Origin: the human T2T-CHM13v2.0 reference genome, Homo sapiens
Length of the DNA: 64,000 bases
Reading direction: 5' to 3' (one strand)
Assembly (NCBI RefSeq): GCF_009914755.1
Contig: NC_060940.1
Positions 15,660 to 30,772 of this stretch are shown here, one piece after another. How positions within the stretch are numbered: position 1 is the stretch's first letter; the number at the start of each line of letters is the position of its first letter. The position numbers and the translations under genes were made by a program. The notes under the pieces are model-generated. The model saw only the letters and a program-made list of their open reading frames with translations. It was not told the origin of the DNA and did no database searches.

Positions 15660-16080
15660 ATTGGTGGGCTTAATCATGTCCCCAAAGACATACCCAAGCC
15701 CTAAACCGCTGGTACCTGTGACGTGACCTTATTTGGAAGAGGGTCTTTGCAGATGTGATGAAATGAAGACAAGATCATACTGGAGGGGGGTGGGCCCTCG
15801 TCCAACGACTGCTGTCTTTGTAAGAAGAGAGGACACAGACACGGGGGGAGAGGCCACATGGAGACAGAGCCAGGACTGGAGTGACGAAGCCACCATCCGA
15901 GGAACGCCAAGGACTGCCGGCCACACAAGAAGCCGAGAAAAGGGCACAGATCAGATTTTCCCCACAGGTTTCAGAGGGCATGTGGCACCTTGAAATGTGA
16001 CTTCTGGCTTTCTGAACTGTGAAAGAATTGATTCGTGTTATTGTAAGCCCCCTGTTTCTGCAACCACGGGACATGAATCC
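15660..16080 (+). mobile_element. MLT1B/C-type MaLR LTR
   Basis: GTGACCTTATTTGGAAGAGGGTCTTTGCAGATGTGAT...TTCTGAACTGTGAAAGAATT. Confidence 0.85.
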
Positions 16081-16689
16081 ATGCCATGGGGGTTGTTGGC
16101 TGAGGATCGGAGGTCCACAGGCACAAGGCTGGGGGCTGCTGTGGTCACTGCTGGGGCCCATGGGCCTGGCACCAGGTGGGCCTCCATAATTATGTGCTGA
16201 GTGGGTGGATTCTCAGAGGAGGTCAGTTCAACATTTTACAGGGCAACACAGGGGGTCCTCCTGGAGCTGGATTTGGGGGCTCTTGAAACAGTGGTGAGAG
16301 GTTACCTGCTCTTCCTGGCACATCCTTCCTCACTGAGCCCCACACCGGGTTGGTGTTCTCACACCCCCTCCCCGCACCGCAAAACCACAGAGCGGCACCT
16401 TCTCTCTCGGGCAGGTAGGCAGGGAGGGCCAGCTTCTCCTTCTTTGCTTTTACACGTTCCTCTCTCTGACCCTTGCTTGTCTGGTTGATGCATTCATGCC
16501 TGAAAAGCTCCAGACAGAGGAAGGGATGGAGGAGGCAGCAGAGAGGAAGGAGAGGACAGGGGTATCTCTGTGCATGCGGGGCCAGATCACAGCTGCAGCC
16601 GCTGCGTCTCACCAAAGCCACCACTCCCAAGCTGGGCAGGGAACAACCTAAGAGGTGCCCACATTGTTAAAGGGGCCGTAACAACCAGG

Positions 16690-16800
16690 AACCGGCCCCA
16701 CTGACAGCTCCGCTCTGGACTTCAGGTCCCCAGAACTGTGAGACAATAAATTCCTCTTGTTCTAAGCCTCCAGATGTATGGCACTTTGCTATGGCTGCTG
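16690..16800 (+). mobile_element. MaLR LTR 3' fragment
   Basis: CCAGAACTGTGAGACAATAAATTCCTCTTGTTCTAAGCC...TATGGCACTTTGCTATGGC. Confidence 0.75.
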
Positions 16801-17022
16801 TGAGACACAGAGCCACCCTAACCTCGGCTCGGAAGAAGGACCCCTGAGATGCGCAGACACCCCAATCTCGGCTCGGAAGAAGGACCCCGCCTGAGGGGCC
16901 CAGCCCAGCTGAGCAGGTGCCTCGTTTTGTTACTGCAGTGCCTCCTGGGAAGGACCCTCCTCCAGGCTGAAGCAACACAGCTCCTCATTGCAACCCTCGA
17001 TTGTTCCATAAAATGCAAAGCT

Positions 17023-17428
<406 letters not shown>

Positions 17429-17642
17429 TCAGGTCTGGCTCAGCCACCCCAGATGCAGGGTCTCACTGAGCTCAGGGAGCACAGGACCTTCCTCAGAGGG
17501 GTTTTGTGAAAGGTCAGCGAGCTCATGCTGATAAAAAGATGGAGTGCAGGGCCCGTCCATTGACAGTGATGCCAATAAACATCAATTCCTGTCATGATTT
17601 TTATTCTTGTTATTTTTGGAGCCTCCAAAATATTCATACTCT

Positions 17643-17800
17643 GCTAGGCGTGGTAGCTCACACCTGTAATCCCAGTACTTTGGGAGACTGAGGCAGGAGG
17701 ATCACTTGAGGCCAGGAGGTCAAGTGAGCTGTGATTTCCACTGCACTCCAGCCTGGGACACAGAGCAAAACCATGTCTCAAAAAAAAAAAAAAAAAAAAT
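17643..17800 (+). mobile_element. Alu monomer or internally deleted Alu
   Basis: Left-arm start joined to right-arm end, with poly(A). Confidence 0.85.
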
Positions 17801-18179
17801 CTAAAAATAAAAATAAAAAAATGTAGGAAAATGTTCACATTCTTTGATCCAGAAATCCCACTTTGGGGAATCTATCCCTAAGAAAATAATACTAAATGAG
17901 GGGAGAAAATATGTTATACTATGCTATTTATGGCTTTATGTTATTGGTAATATTGAAAAGTTAGAAGCAGCTCAAGGTTCAATAATAGGAATGTGATTAA
18001 TTAACCTAAGTATCTAATTGATGAACTATCAGGCAGCCACCAAAAATAATTTAAAGATTGTGTAATACCTGGGGAAATGCTTATAATTTCAAGCAAAAAA
18101 AGCAAAATATAAAACTGTAAGTATGCATACTGAGGCACCAAAAAACAGATACTCACAAGAAAGAAAGACACCACATTTA

Positions 18180-18560
<381 letters not shown>

Positions 18561-18632
18561 CTGTATCAAGATAATTTGAATGTATATACTCATCCATACG
18601 GAGTACATATATGCACATTCATAAATATATAC

Positions 18633-18662
18633 TAGATAGATAGATAGATAGATGATAGATAA
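18633..18662 (+). repeat. (GATA)n tetranucleotide repeat
   Basis: TAGATAGATAGATAGATAGATGATAGAT. Confidence 0.9.
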
Positions 18663-19476
18663 TGTGAGTCTGTGTGTGTCAGTCAGGATTTTATTCCCTC
18701 AAGGAAAAGTTAAAATCTTAATTTGTTTGAGAAAAAAAAAACATCCCTGAAGGTGGGCTCCAAATGATCTATGGAAACAGGTGACCAGTCTGAATACATG
18801 AATTCATGAAAATGAATTTATGAATACGTGATGTAGAGAGGAATGATTTTACACATAGCATGTTCCTGGCAAAGTGTCAGCCATACATTTCAAAATTATT
18901 TTTTAATTAATTTCAGTGATAAAAAAGAAAGAAAAAGTCATTGAGTAATTAAATTCCCTGCCTCTAAGCGTTTTCACTTAAATAGATCCATTTGCTTATT
19001 AACGGACTCCACAGAAATTCATAGGCCAAAAACATGAGGCCTGAACTGGTAACCTTGGCCTCACACCACAAACCCCATGGCTCCCAGTGCTGCTCTGGGT
19101 TCAGATTTAACTCCCACTGTGGTCCTTGGCAGGTGACTCAGGCCTGGATTTCCACTTCTTTGCAGAGAGAATTAAAAATCATTGTGGATTCTGCTGGCAG
19201 GGCTGGGACGGGTCACATAGCGCCCACCTGCTGTCCACTTTGGGCACAGAGGGCAAGGTCGGGACTCCACACACAGCGCCCACCTGCCACTCACCCACTA
19301 AAGACCACAAGCTAGAGAATGTTCCTTTCTAAGCCTCACTTTCCTCTGCAGAAAAGTGGGAGTAACAAAGCACCCCTCTTACCTCTTATCGAAATGAACG
19401 AGACAAAATTGGGATTGGTGCGTGAGTCGGGAAGGCCAGGAAAAAGTTTAAAATTTTTTTAAAAGATGAAACAGGG

Positions 19477-19760
19477 GGCCAGGCATGGTGGCTCACGCCT
19501 GTAATCCCAGGACCTTGGGAGGCTGAGGCCCTAGGGGCTCGAGAGTAGCCTGGGCAACATGGCGAAACCCCGTCTCTACAAAAAATACAAAAATTAGCTG
19601 GGCATGGTGGCATGTTCCTGTAGTCCCAACTACTCAGGAGGCTGAGGTTAGAGAATCCCTTGAGCCCAGGAGGTCAAGGCTACAGTGAGCTATGATTGTA
19701 CCACTGCACTCTAGCCTGGGTGACAAAGTGAGACTCTGTCTCAAAAAAAAAAAAAAAAAA
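19477..19760 (+). mobile_element. AluJ
   Basis: Diverged dimer; flanks GATGAAACAGG and GATAAAACTGG. Confidence 0.9.
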
Positions 19761-19849
19761 GGAAAAAACTGATAAAACTGGGACTCACAGGTCAAGGGTT
19801 CACCCCACACTGGACTCCACGCAATGGTTTTTACTTCCTCTTCCCAGTT

Positions 19850-20014
19850 TTTTGTTTTTTGGTCTTTTTTTTTTTTCCTTTAAGAGGTGGGTTGTTGTTC
19901 CATCACCCAGGCTGGAGTGCAGTGGTGCAGTCTCCAACTCCTAGTCTCAAGCTATCCTCCCACCTCAGCTTCCTAAAGTGCTGGGATTACACATGGGAAC
20001 CACCATGCCCAGCC
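19850..20014 (-). mobile_element. Internally deleted Alu
   Basis: GGCTGGAGTGCAGTGGTGCA joined to GTCTCCAACTCCT...GCTGGGATTAC. Confidence 0.8.
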
Positions 20015-20032
20015 TCCAGTTATTTTTTAATA

Positions 20033-20085
20033 TCAGGTTGGTGCAAAAGTAAACCGTGATTACTTTTACTTTTGTACTGACCTAA
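20033..20085. mobile_element. Internally deleted MADE1 mariner MITE
   Basis: Terminal inverted repeats TCAGGTTGGTGCAAAAGTAA and TTACTTTTGTACTGACCTAA, preceded by TA. Confidence 0.8.
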
Positions 20086-20387
20086 CAAATGACTCAACAC
20101 ACGGTTGAGTTTAAGCTTGTATTTTTCTTTTTGCCAAAGACTGGGTTTGAGTGAACGATCATGGCTGGTTTTATTGGCCACTTACTATATACCAAGTGTT
20201 TATCCTATCATCAGCCACCTAACCCTTTCAGGAGCCCTGTGAGTTCCCGATGTTATTTCCCTATTCAACAGATAGGGAGACTGAGGCTCAGTAAGCAGTA
20301 GAACTAGGATTTCAATTCCGGCGGTTAGACCCTAAAGCCCCTGAGCTTAACTCCTACTCCATGCTAACGGATCTTCTGTGAAAGGTC

Positions 20388-20463
20388 AGGAGCCAAGATT
20401 GCACCACTGCACTCCAGCCTGAGCAACAGAGCAAGCCCTTGTCTCAAAAAAAAAAAAAAAAAA
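20388..20463 (+). mobile_element. Alu 3' fragment with poly(A), between MIR fragments
   Basis: GAGCCAAGATTGCACCACTGCACTCCAGCCTG...GTCTC(A)n. Confidence 0.85.
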
Positions 20464-20801
20464 TCCCAGCTACCATTCACAAGCTGTGTGATCTCAGGTG
20501 GGTTACTAGGCCTCTCTGTTCCTCCATCTCCTCAGCTCTCAGATAACAATAGTGCCTGCCTCACAGGCTGTTGTGACTATCATCTGAAATAACGTACGTA
20601 GAGTGTGCACAGATCCAGATGGAGATTCAGGGAAGCTACTGAACTCATTCAATGTTTCACACTCCAGGTCTGCGCACCAGCCACCAGGGACACCAGAAAA
20701 TCCGAGTACAGGATCATCATGGTTGACTCAGATCAGGGGCAGCAAACGTTTTCATAAAGGACCAGATGGTAGAAATTTGTGGGCCTCCAAAATAATTGGA
20801 G

Positions 20802-20949
20802 GTTGGTCGTGGTAGCTAAGCCCTGTGGTCCCAGCACTTTGGGAGAGCAAGGCATGAGGATCACTTGAGCCCAGGAATTCCAGGCTGCCATGAGCCGTGA
20901 TCATGCCAATGCACTCCAGCCTGGGTGACAGAGCGAGACCTCATCTCAA

Positions 20950-20992
<43 letters not shown>
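20802..20992 (+). mobile_element. Alu monomer (FRAM/AluJ-like) with (AAAT)n tail
   Basis: Single-arm Alu ending GCACTCCAGCCTGGGTGACAGAGCGAGACC followed by an (AAAT)n tail. Confidence 0.85.
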
Positions 20993-21046
20993 CAATAATA
21001 CTTCGGAAGAGGAAGTAAAAGTTTCCATCAAAACTACTCAACCCTG

Positions 21047-21635
21047 GACCCCAGAGCAAACTTGAAAACTGAGTTCTCAGCCATGATGGCGTGGAGGGTC
21101 AGACACACTCGTTATACCCCTCCCTCACTAGCCATGATCACGCTTTCTCCCCTAAGGGCTAAACAGAAAGCAGTCCTTACAAAAGCCTCCACCGCTGACA
21201 TCAACCTACAGCCTGATGCTGCCCCTCCTTTTTGCCTGATAAGAGACCACCGACCACGGAGTGGTTCTTGCCAGTGTATGGAGGATGCGCAGTGAGGGTT
21301 TTCCTGTCCTCCACTTCACCCTTGACGTCACAGCGCTGCAAACTCCACCCTCAGATTACGCCAAGGCCGCCATTTTTTCTACATGGAGCCCACGAAGGAG
21401 CATGAAGCTCAATCGTGCACGTGTGTTTCTCCTTTCATAAATATTCATGACTCCTCCTATAGCTTATTGAATATGTATATTTGGCCTCCCTGCTCTACAT
21501 AAATTCCTGTTCCCTTTTCCCCTCCCTTGAAGTATCTGTTTCTGCTTCCCAGCCTGTCAGACTGGCCACCCTGCAGGCTGCAACCCTTTATGAGAAATAA
21601 AGCTCTCCTTCCCAAATTAAGCAAACAAACAAACA
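21047..21635 (+). mobile_element. ERV1 LTR fragment (MER39-like), 5'-truncated, with A-rich tail and 17-bp TSD
   Basis: MER39-type motifs CATAAATATTCATGACTCCTCCTATAGCTTATTGAATATG and CTGCAGGCTGCAACCCTTTATGAGAAATAAAGCTCTCCTT; flanked by AAAACTACTCAACCCTG at 21030-21046 and 21636-21652. Confidence 0.85.
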
Positions 21636-21763
21636 AAAACTACTCAACCCTGTTGTTGTAATGCAAAAGCAGACACAGACAGCCCCTCAGTGAATGAGGG
21701 TGGCTGCGTTCCAATAATACTTCACTTATGAATGGGGGCTGCAGGGTCAGACAGGTCATGGTC

Positions 21764-22133
21764 TGTATTAGCTCATTCTCACATTACTATAAGGAACTAT
21801 CTGAGACTGGGTAATTTATAAAGAAAAGAGGTTGAATTGACTCACAGTTCCACAGGCTGTACAGGGAGCATAACTGGGGAGGCCTCAGGAAACTTACAGT
21901 CATGGTGGAAGGCGAAAGGAAAGCAGGCACATCTTCACATGGCAGCAGGAGAGAGAGAGGCAAGAGGGAGGTGCTACACACTTTCAAACAACGAGATCTC
22001 ATGAGAACTCACTATCACGAGAACAGCAAGGGGGAAGTCCGCCCCCATGATCCAATCACCTTCCATCAGGCCTCTCCTCCAACACTAAGGATTACAATTC
22101 GACATGGGATTCGGGTGGGGACCAAACCATACC
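21764..22133 (-). mobile_element. MaLR solo LTR (MSTA/THE1-type)
   Basis: TGTATTAG...CTGAGACTGGGTAATTTATAAAGAAAAGAGG...GGCCTCAGGAAACTTACAGTCATGGTGGAAGGCGAA...CCAAACCATAC. Confidence 0.9.
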
Positions 22134-22569
22134 ACGGACCAGCAGTGGGGCTGGGTGCTCTGACTAAGGCACAGTTTTGGCAAAAAGGAAAAGGAGGGAT
22201 GGATAGTGGGTAAAGTACTAACAGAATGTGACACAACCACCAAGCTAAATCTGTGTGCCAGGAGCTGCACAGCACAGCAGACAACCAGAGCCAGGCATTG
22301 CCCAGTGGAGGAAGAGCCCTGCCAGGGGTTCATGGTGCTCACAGGAGAGGAGGAGAGGCTGTCACGGGAAGACACCCTTTCTCCATGCTGCTCCCAGGAT
22401 TCTCCACACACCCAGTTCCAGGTCTGCCTTCTGGGATGGAAACCCGGCATCTAACAACACAGGCAACCATGGCACGAAGCCTGCCCACTGGGCAGTTGGG
22501 TGCGGACGGGGCACTGAAGGATATGGCTCCTTCCACAGCTTAGGCCTCCCACGAGGGGCTTTCTCCATC

Positions 22570-22995
22570 ACTTTATACCTGGGGCAGACTTGAGTCAAAC
22601 TCACCAAGCGCCTTCCATCCTCAGGGTCTTCGCAAATGCTAACCCTCCTACTGGCACACGCTGTTCCCCCAACCTACAACATCCTTCCCTCTGCTCTTCA
22701 CCAGCCATCTCCTTCCTTCCTCAGGTTTCAGCATAAGCATGACTTTCCAGGGACAACGCCCCAGGGCGCAGACACCAATCTCGCCCTCTACTAGCTTAGG
22801 GCTCCCTTTCACAAACTCACGTGCACCTGCACCTTCCCCTTACAATTCTAACCACGTTGTGGTTCTACAGCATTCGTCCATCTCCCCTCCTGGGCTCAGG
22901 CCTATGTGAGCTGGGACCACATTGGTCTTATTCTCTGGGGTTTCCCCAGTTCCTAGCACAAAGTCTGACTCAGATATTTGTTGAATAAATGACTA
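22570..22995 (+). mobile_element. L2 3' fragment
   Basis: Pyrimidine-rich body ending CCTAGCACAAAGTCTGACTCAGATATTTGTTGAATAAATGA. Confidence 0.6.
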
Positions 22996-23916
22996 GAAAG
23001 AAAACAAAATGTGCAAGCAGAATTCTCTGATTCCAAAGATGATGTTGAAGCTCAGTAGCATTACATCAATAGGAAAAGTAATGTTTTCACCTTTTTTTCT
23101 CTTATATCTTCCCGTTTTCTTGCTTTCCAAATTAGAAACCTAGGTAAAGTGAGTTCACATAAAGGACTAATCTCTTTATTTAAAAAAAAAAGTTTTTCAG
23201 TGACTGGTGTATTTAATTAGCATCAAAAAAAATAGTTACATTATATATTTTATAAAACTACTAATCCACATGTGTGCAAATTTGCCCCTAAGGACAACTT
23301 AATATTTTTATGATATGCTTTCAATATTTCCCCATTGTTCTAAAGTCATATTTTTTGCTATTAAAATATATAATAAAGTTCTCGAGAAATAAAAAAAACC
23401 AGGGTCACTCTAGGCAAATAAAAGTGAAAGACTAAGAACATACATGACCACTTTTCTTTTTTTTCTTTGTCTTTGACAAGGAAAGGGTCTGAAATTAATT
23501 TTACCTTGTTGATTAAAAAAATACCTTGAAATGGTCACAGGCAGGTTTTACACTGAACTTGAACTTCTCATGCTGCTTCAGCTTTCCTTCCACAAAATCA
23601 AGAGGCTCAGCTGATACTACTCTGGGAAGACGCAGTGGTGTGCAGGCCAGTGTTCAACAGCCGGCTTCTAAGTCAGGGAACCCTGATTCGCAGCATTTGC
23701 CAATTGCTGTGGTGTGAATGCCACCAGCCCAGCTGATTTCACACAGACATGACATGATGTACACACTCCAGAGAGGTATCCTGCGCCAGCTCCCAGACTG
23801 CAGGCGGAACACATCAAAGGGATACCGTGTGAGGGGGGTCTATAATCTCCTGCCCGGTTCATTGTGCATAGTAATTGTTCCATAAATGTTAGATTCTATC
23901 ACTGGATGCTGACCCA

Positions 23917-24225
<309 letters not shown>

Positions 24226-24889
24226 TTGGTGACCTATTCTTTAGTAACTGTTCCCTTGAGGAAGAATCTGACACCCTGGTGCATTCTCACGCACTATCCC
24301 CACCAGCCTGCCAGGGCATTCCCTGAGCACTGGGCACAGGGGAAGCTGGACAACCAGTCCCGGGGCTTGGCAAAAGGGGGCCCTCAGTGGAAGGCTGAGT
24401 CCTGCTGCTTGCCCTGAGCCGGGGAAACCCAGAATGTCTCAGAAGTGGATACAAAGGGCATCGGGCATCCAGGAACCCATAAAGCTTCTAGGACCTGACA
24501 CTGCAAACCACGTCATCAGGAGGGCAGGGCTTGGCGTCAGGTGACCTGGGATGGAAGGGATTTTTTTTCTGTCCCCACCTTGCCACGTACTGTGTGACCT
24601 TGGGTGAGTCAGCAGCTCTTCCCCTCTGAGCCTCAGTTACCTCGTTTGTAAAAGAGAAAGGCCCACTGCAGAACTGTGAAGGTTGTAAGAGAAAAAGTAG
24701 GGGAAGCACGTGGCTGAGATTCAAAGAATCCCAAACCACCCAGAGGCGGTGCAGGATTCAGATGGCGCTGTCCAGCCCTAGAGTCAGCACCAGCCCCGGA
24801 GTCAGCACCAGCCCCACTAAGCCACACAGACACAGGCTCCCACAGGAACTAAGGATGAGGAACACAGAAGGCGTCGTAAACACCGTGGT

Positions 24890-25515
<626 letters not shown>

Positions 25516-27492
25516 GGGTAGACAGACCATGGATTCACACCACTTGCATCATGGACTGTGTGACCCTGCACAACTGGCCCCCCAGCTTCCTGATCTATAC
25601 ATGACAGCTGTTCCACACGTTCCACCACCTGGAAAAGAGCACTTCCAAATGGGCCCTTTCCCCAGGTGTGTCTGATGGAATCCTCTCCTCTGGGAAAAGC
25701 TCTTCCCTTCCCTCTCATCTTGGCAAGCCCTGGGGACTCACAAAGCCTTTGTTTGCTGAAGAACTGACTGGCAGGGAGACACTAGGCAAGAAAAACAAAC
25801 AGGGCCCCGTCCACATGGTTATTTAAGAGAAACAGTGAAAACAAACAAGAGAAGAAAGAAGTAGTCAAGAGATATCCAAGTTGTTAATGAGGCACCCTTA
25901 GAAATCACTCCAAGCTCCAAGTGGGAGGCAGGGGAGCAAAGGAGAAACCAGGTGGAAGAAAGGGGCTATAAAGACGGGGAAGGAAATCGAGCAGGGAGAA
26001 ATCAAAAGGGAGGCCAAATCTGGAGGAAGGAGCGCCCAGCTCAGGTGGGAGGAGGAAAGTGGTCTCCACGTTTGGAAGTAATTATTTAAACATTTTGCAC
26101 CTTTCAAAACAACAGACAGCAACTTCCAGTTCCAAATATCTTTGTGCTCCCCTGTTGCAGAGCCTATTGGCCTCTAAACCCAGCAGGCTGAGAGCAGCTT
26201 TCAGCATTAGCTCTGCCAAGCTGAAGAAAAACATCTCAGCCTCAGCTTGAAGCAAGGGGCATTCCACCGGGGTCGCTCCATGTGCCACCCCAGGCTGAGA
26301 CCATGGCAAGAGAATGCAGGGATGGTTTGTCTGCTGCCACTGGGATGGAACCAGCTGGAACCCACTCACATCCTACACCAGCAAGCAGATGCACTGTGAT
26401 GGATGAGGTTCAAGAACCTGCCCCCAGCCTGTGTCCTGGAGTGGGAGGGGCTTTACTGGAGCCCCAGAGTCTTCTAGGGGGAGGGAAATAAAGCCAGCTG
26501 AGCCTCACAGCAAAAGCTGATGAGCTGTCTAGAGAAGCCTTTGTCGGGGCAGTCTACGCATACTTTGACAAGCAGAAATAGAGTCCTACATCACGCGGTG
26601 TCACGAGGGACCCCTCTGCACCATATAACACCTGGAAATGCTGTCTCCAAAGACATTGACCTATAAGGTCAGGTGAAATCCTTCATTTGACCTGCCTTTT
26701 CAAGAGAGTCTGATTAAGACCCTGCCCATGCCAAGCTAATAAAACATAGGTTCCTCTCTGCCGTGGCTCTACTCCCTCTTGTAGGCCCCATGCTGATCAC
26801 CAGCTTCCAAGGGAGGGGGCAATACCAGCTGGGCCCAGGGAGTTTCCCAGAGTGCACTGCCCTGAATGCACCCCATCACCTCATCCTGGAAGGTGCCATC
26901 TCTCCCTCCTCCTGACCCTGCAGGAAAGCCTTCCCTGGCTCTCCTGCTTCCTCTGGGCTAAAAGTTCCCCTTGCTCCGCTGGCTCCAGCACAGCTATGGG
27001 TGCCCTCTGCCTTCTGCAGCATAATTAGTTATGGATTTGTTCATTTCCACAGCTGGCTGTCAGCTTCTGGGAAGACCATGAGTGCCTCGATCTATACCAT
27101 CTTGGCATTTGCATACTGCAGGTGCTGAATACAAACAGCGAGTGAATGAATCAATGAGTGAAAGAAAATTGACTAGTGGACGGTTCAGAGCCATTTTGAG
27201 CTCTTCCTGTTTAACAAGCAGCACAGGGATGAAGAGCACAGACTCCCATGCAGTGGCCTGGCTTTGAACCCACTCCCCACCACTGTGTGAACTTGGGCAA
27301 GGTACTTAACATCTCTGTGCATAATTATAGTACCCACTTCTTGAGGTAGGAGTAACCTAGTTCCTCTATTTGAAGCACTTAGAGCAGTGCCAGACACACG
27401 GTAGGTCCAGGGAAATCGAGGAGCGTCGGCTCTGATTATTCTGTTTGCACAAAGAACACAAAACCAAGTGCTGCTTAAAAAATTCTGACGTC

Positions 27493-27821
<329 letters not shown>

Positions 27822-29030
27822 TCACTGCCTTAACACAGAAGGCAAGGAGTTAAACCCTTCAGCCTCAGGAAAAAGGGATTAGCAGTGGTGTGTCTGTTTA
27901 GTTACTCAGCTCCCTGCCTGTCCAGAGAAAAATATCTTGAAAGATTAGATTATGTAGCTCGGACTGCAGGGCCACAGTGGAGAGAGGGGGCTGCTGTCAC
28001 CTCCCAGCTAAGCCAAGTGCTGGAGGCTAATTTCCCGTAGGTGGTCTGGCCAGATTTCCTGGAGGCCAAGGGCTGGAGCAAACAGCCTTTCCTGTCCCCC
28101 CAGGGATTACAGCGTGAAAGCACTTTTTAAACCTTAAATTAAAAAACCGAAAGGCCGTGTCCATTCTGCAAACTCTGCGTATTTAATTTTTAAAACAGCA
28201 ACACATCAAGTGCGCTTGAAAGTGATGGACCCCTGCCTTGGACGATTGAAAAGCATCCACCTTCATGAAAAATAATTCAAGTGGAGTGACATGTGCCTGA
28301 CAAAATGATTCAAAGGCTTTCTTTCCTCCTCTGGAACCTTCTTCACTTCTCCAGGTATTAGGGCTGTGCTGGGCGTTGACAAGGGACATTTGGAAATCGT
28401 TCGTACTGTGGTATTATAACCTTTCAAGGTTGCCATGGCTCAGCAGCCCTAGAATAGGAAAGTGTCCTTGCTACAGGTATAAAATCAACCACGGGCATGA
28501 AGCAGAGAGATGGCGCTTTCTGTTGAAGACTGTGGTTGTCCTACGTGACCATGCGCATGTTCTTCAGACCCATGGCAACAGCCAGAGATACCCACGTGGA
28601 GCAAAGATCAAACATGGAGCAGAGAAGCTACAACCCATGATGGCTGAAATTGAAAGCTCATAGATGAAGCACCACAAAACCCCAATTCAAGACTTCGCTC
28701 TCCACTTCTGAGCTGTGTGACCCTGGGCCAGTTTCTTGACTTCTCTGAGCCTCTATTTCCTTATCTGTTCGGTGACAGAAATATCCTTACCCACTTCACA
28801 GGTTTGCAGTGAAGATTCAGTGAGAGCTTGTACTTGAAGATGTTTTATAAACTGTTAACACAACATTCAAATGGGAGCTGTTACTGTTCTTACCCAGAAA
28901 ATGGATTTGTTTGTTCTCTTTTCATTCATGCCCAGGAATGAACCAGATATACCACTTGTCACTCACTGACTATGAGTGTAGAGAGTAAAGCTTCGTAGGA
29001 AAGAAGGTCAGTCTCAGAAATCTATGGAGT

Positions 29031-29448
<418 letters not shown>

Positions 29449-29508
29449 GAAATCTATGCAGTGATTCCCCCAGTTGAGACTCATTTAAAGTCTACCATGC
29501 ATTGGTCA

Positions 29509-29875
<367 letters not shown>

Positions 29876-30488
29876 TTCTGTCCTGAACCAGTTTGAGATG
29901 CTGTCAAGTCCCCTCTTGAACAAGCCCACGCTCCATCCACTGTCCTATCAGAGCTCATGCCCTGAGCCCCTACACACCTTACCTGTCTCCCCAGGGCCAG
30001 GTACCTGACAGCTAGGGATAGCCCTATGCTTTGGAGCCCACAAAATTTTTCAAATTGGTCCACAGGAGCCCACAAAACCTGGTTAAGTACACTCCGCTGA
30101 CCACATATAAGCTGCTGGCTACAGCCGCTCACTGTTACCCATCCTTGGGTGCAGCCCCCTGCATGGCCCTGCCTGGCAGCCAGCTCCCATTTGCAGCTGT
30201 AAGTAATAGTGTCCTGTCCTATCAGGGTACTGTGTGTCCTGCCATCAAAAAAATCTTTAAATCTTATCAAACACTCAGGTTCTCAAAGAGATGTAAACCA
30301 AGACTTCTGCTGCTTTGCTTTTTAATAATGGCAAATCAATCAGAAGTCAATTTGAGGTCCATCAAAATTCAATGTTGCCTCTGGACATTAAAGAGTACAG
30401 GGCAGACAGACATGGGGAGAAATCCTAGATATATTGTGAAATGGGAAGGAAAAACTAAGTTCCAGCATCATATGCCTGGAGCCTGTGA

Positions 30489-30772
<284 letters not shown>

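Larger units (their letters stand above)
20734..21763 (-). mobile_element. MER58A hAT-Charlie MITE split by an Alu monomer and the MER39-like insertion
   Basis: Collinear pieces CAGGGGCAGCAAACGTTTTCATAAAGGACCAGATGGTA, AACTACTCAACCCTGTTGTTGTAATGCAAAAGCAG and GTGGCTGCGTTCCAATAA match the reverse complement of MER58A. Confidence 0.8.

Noticed and set aside
23040-23640. AT-rich stretch with several AATAAA as a 3' UTR or exon
   Set aside because: Signals occur on both strands as expected from composition; no coherent exon structure.
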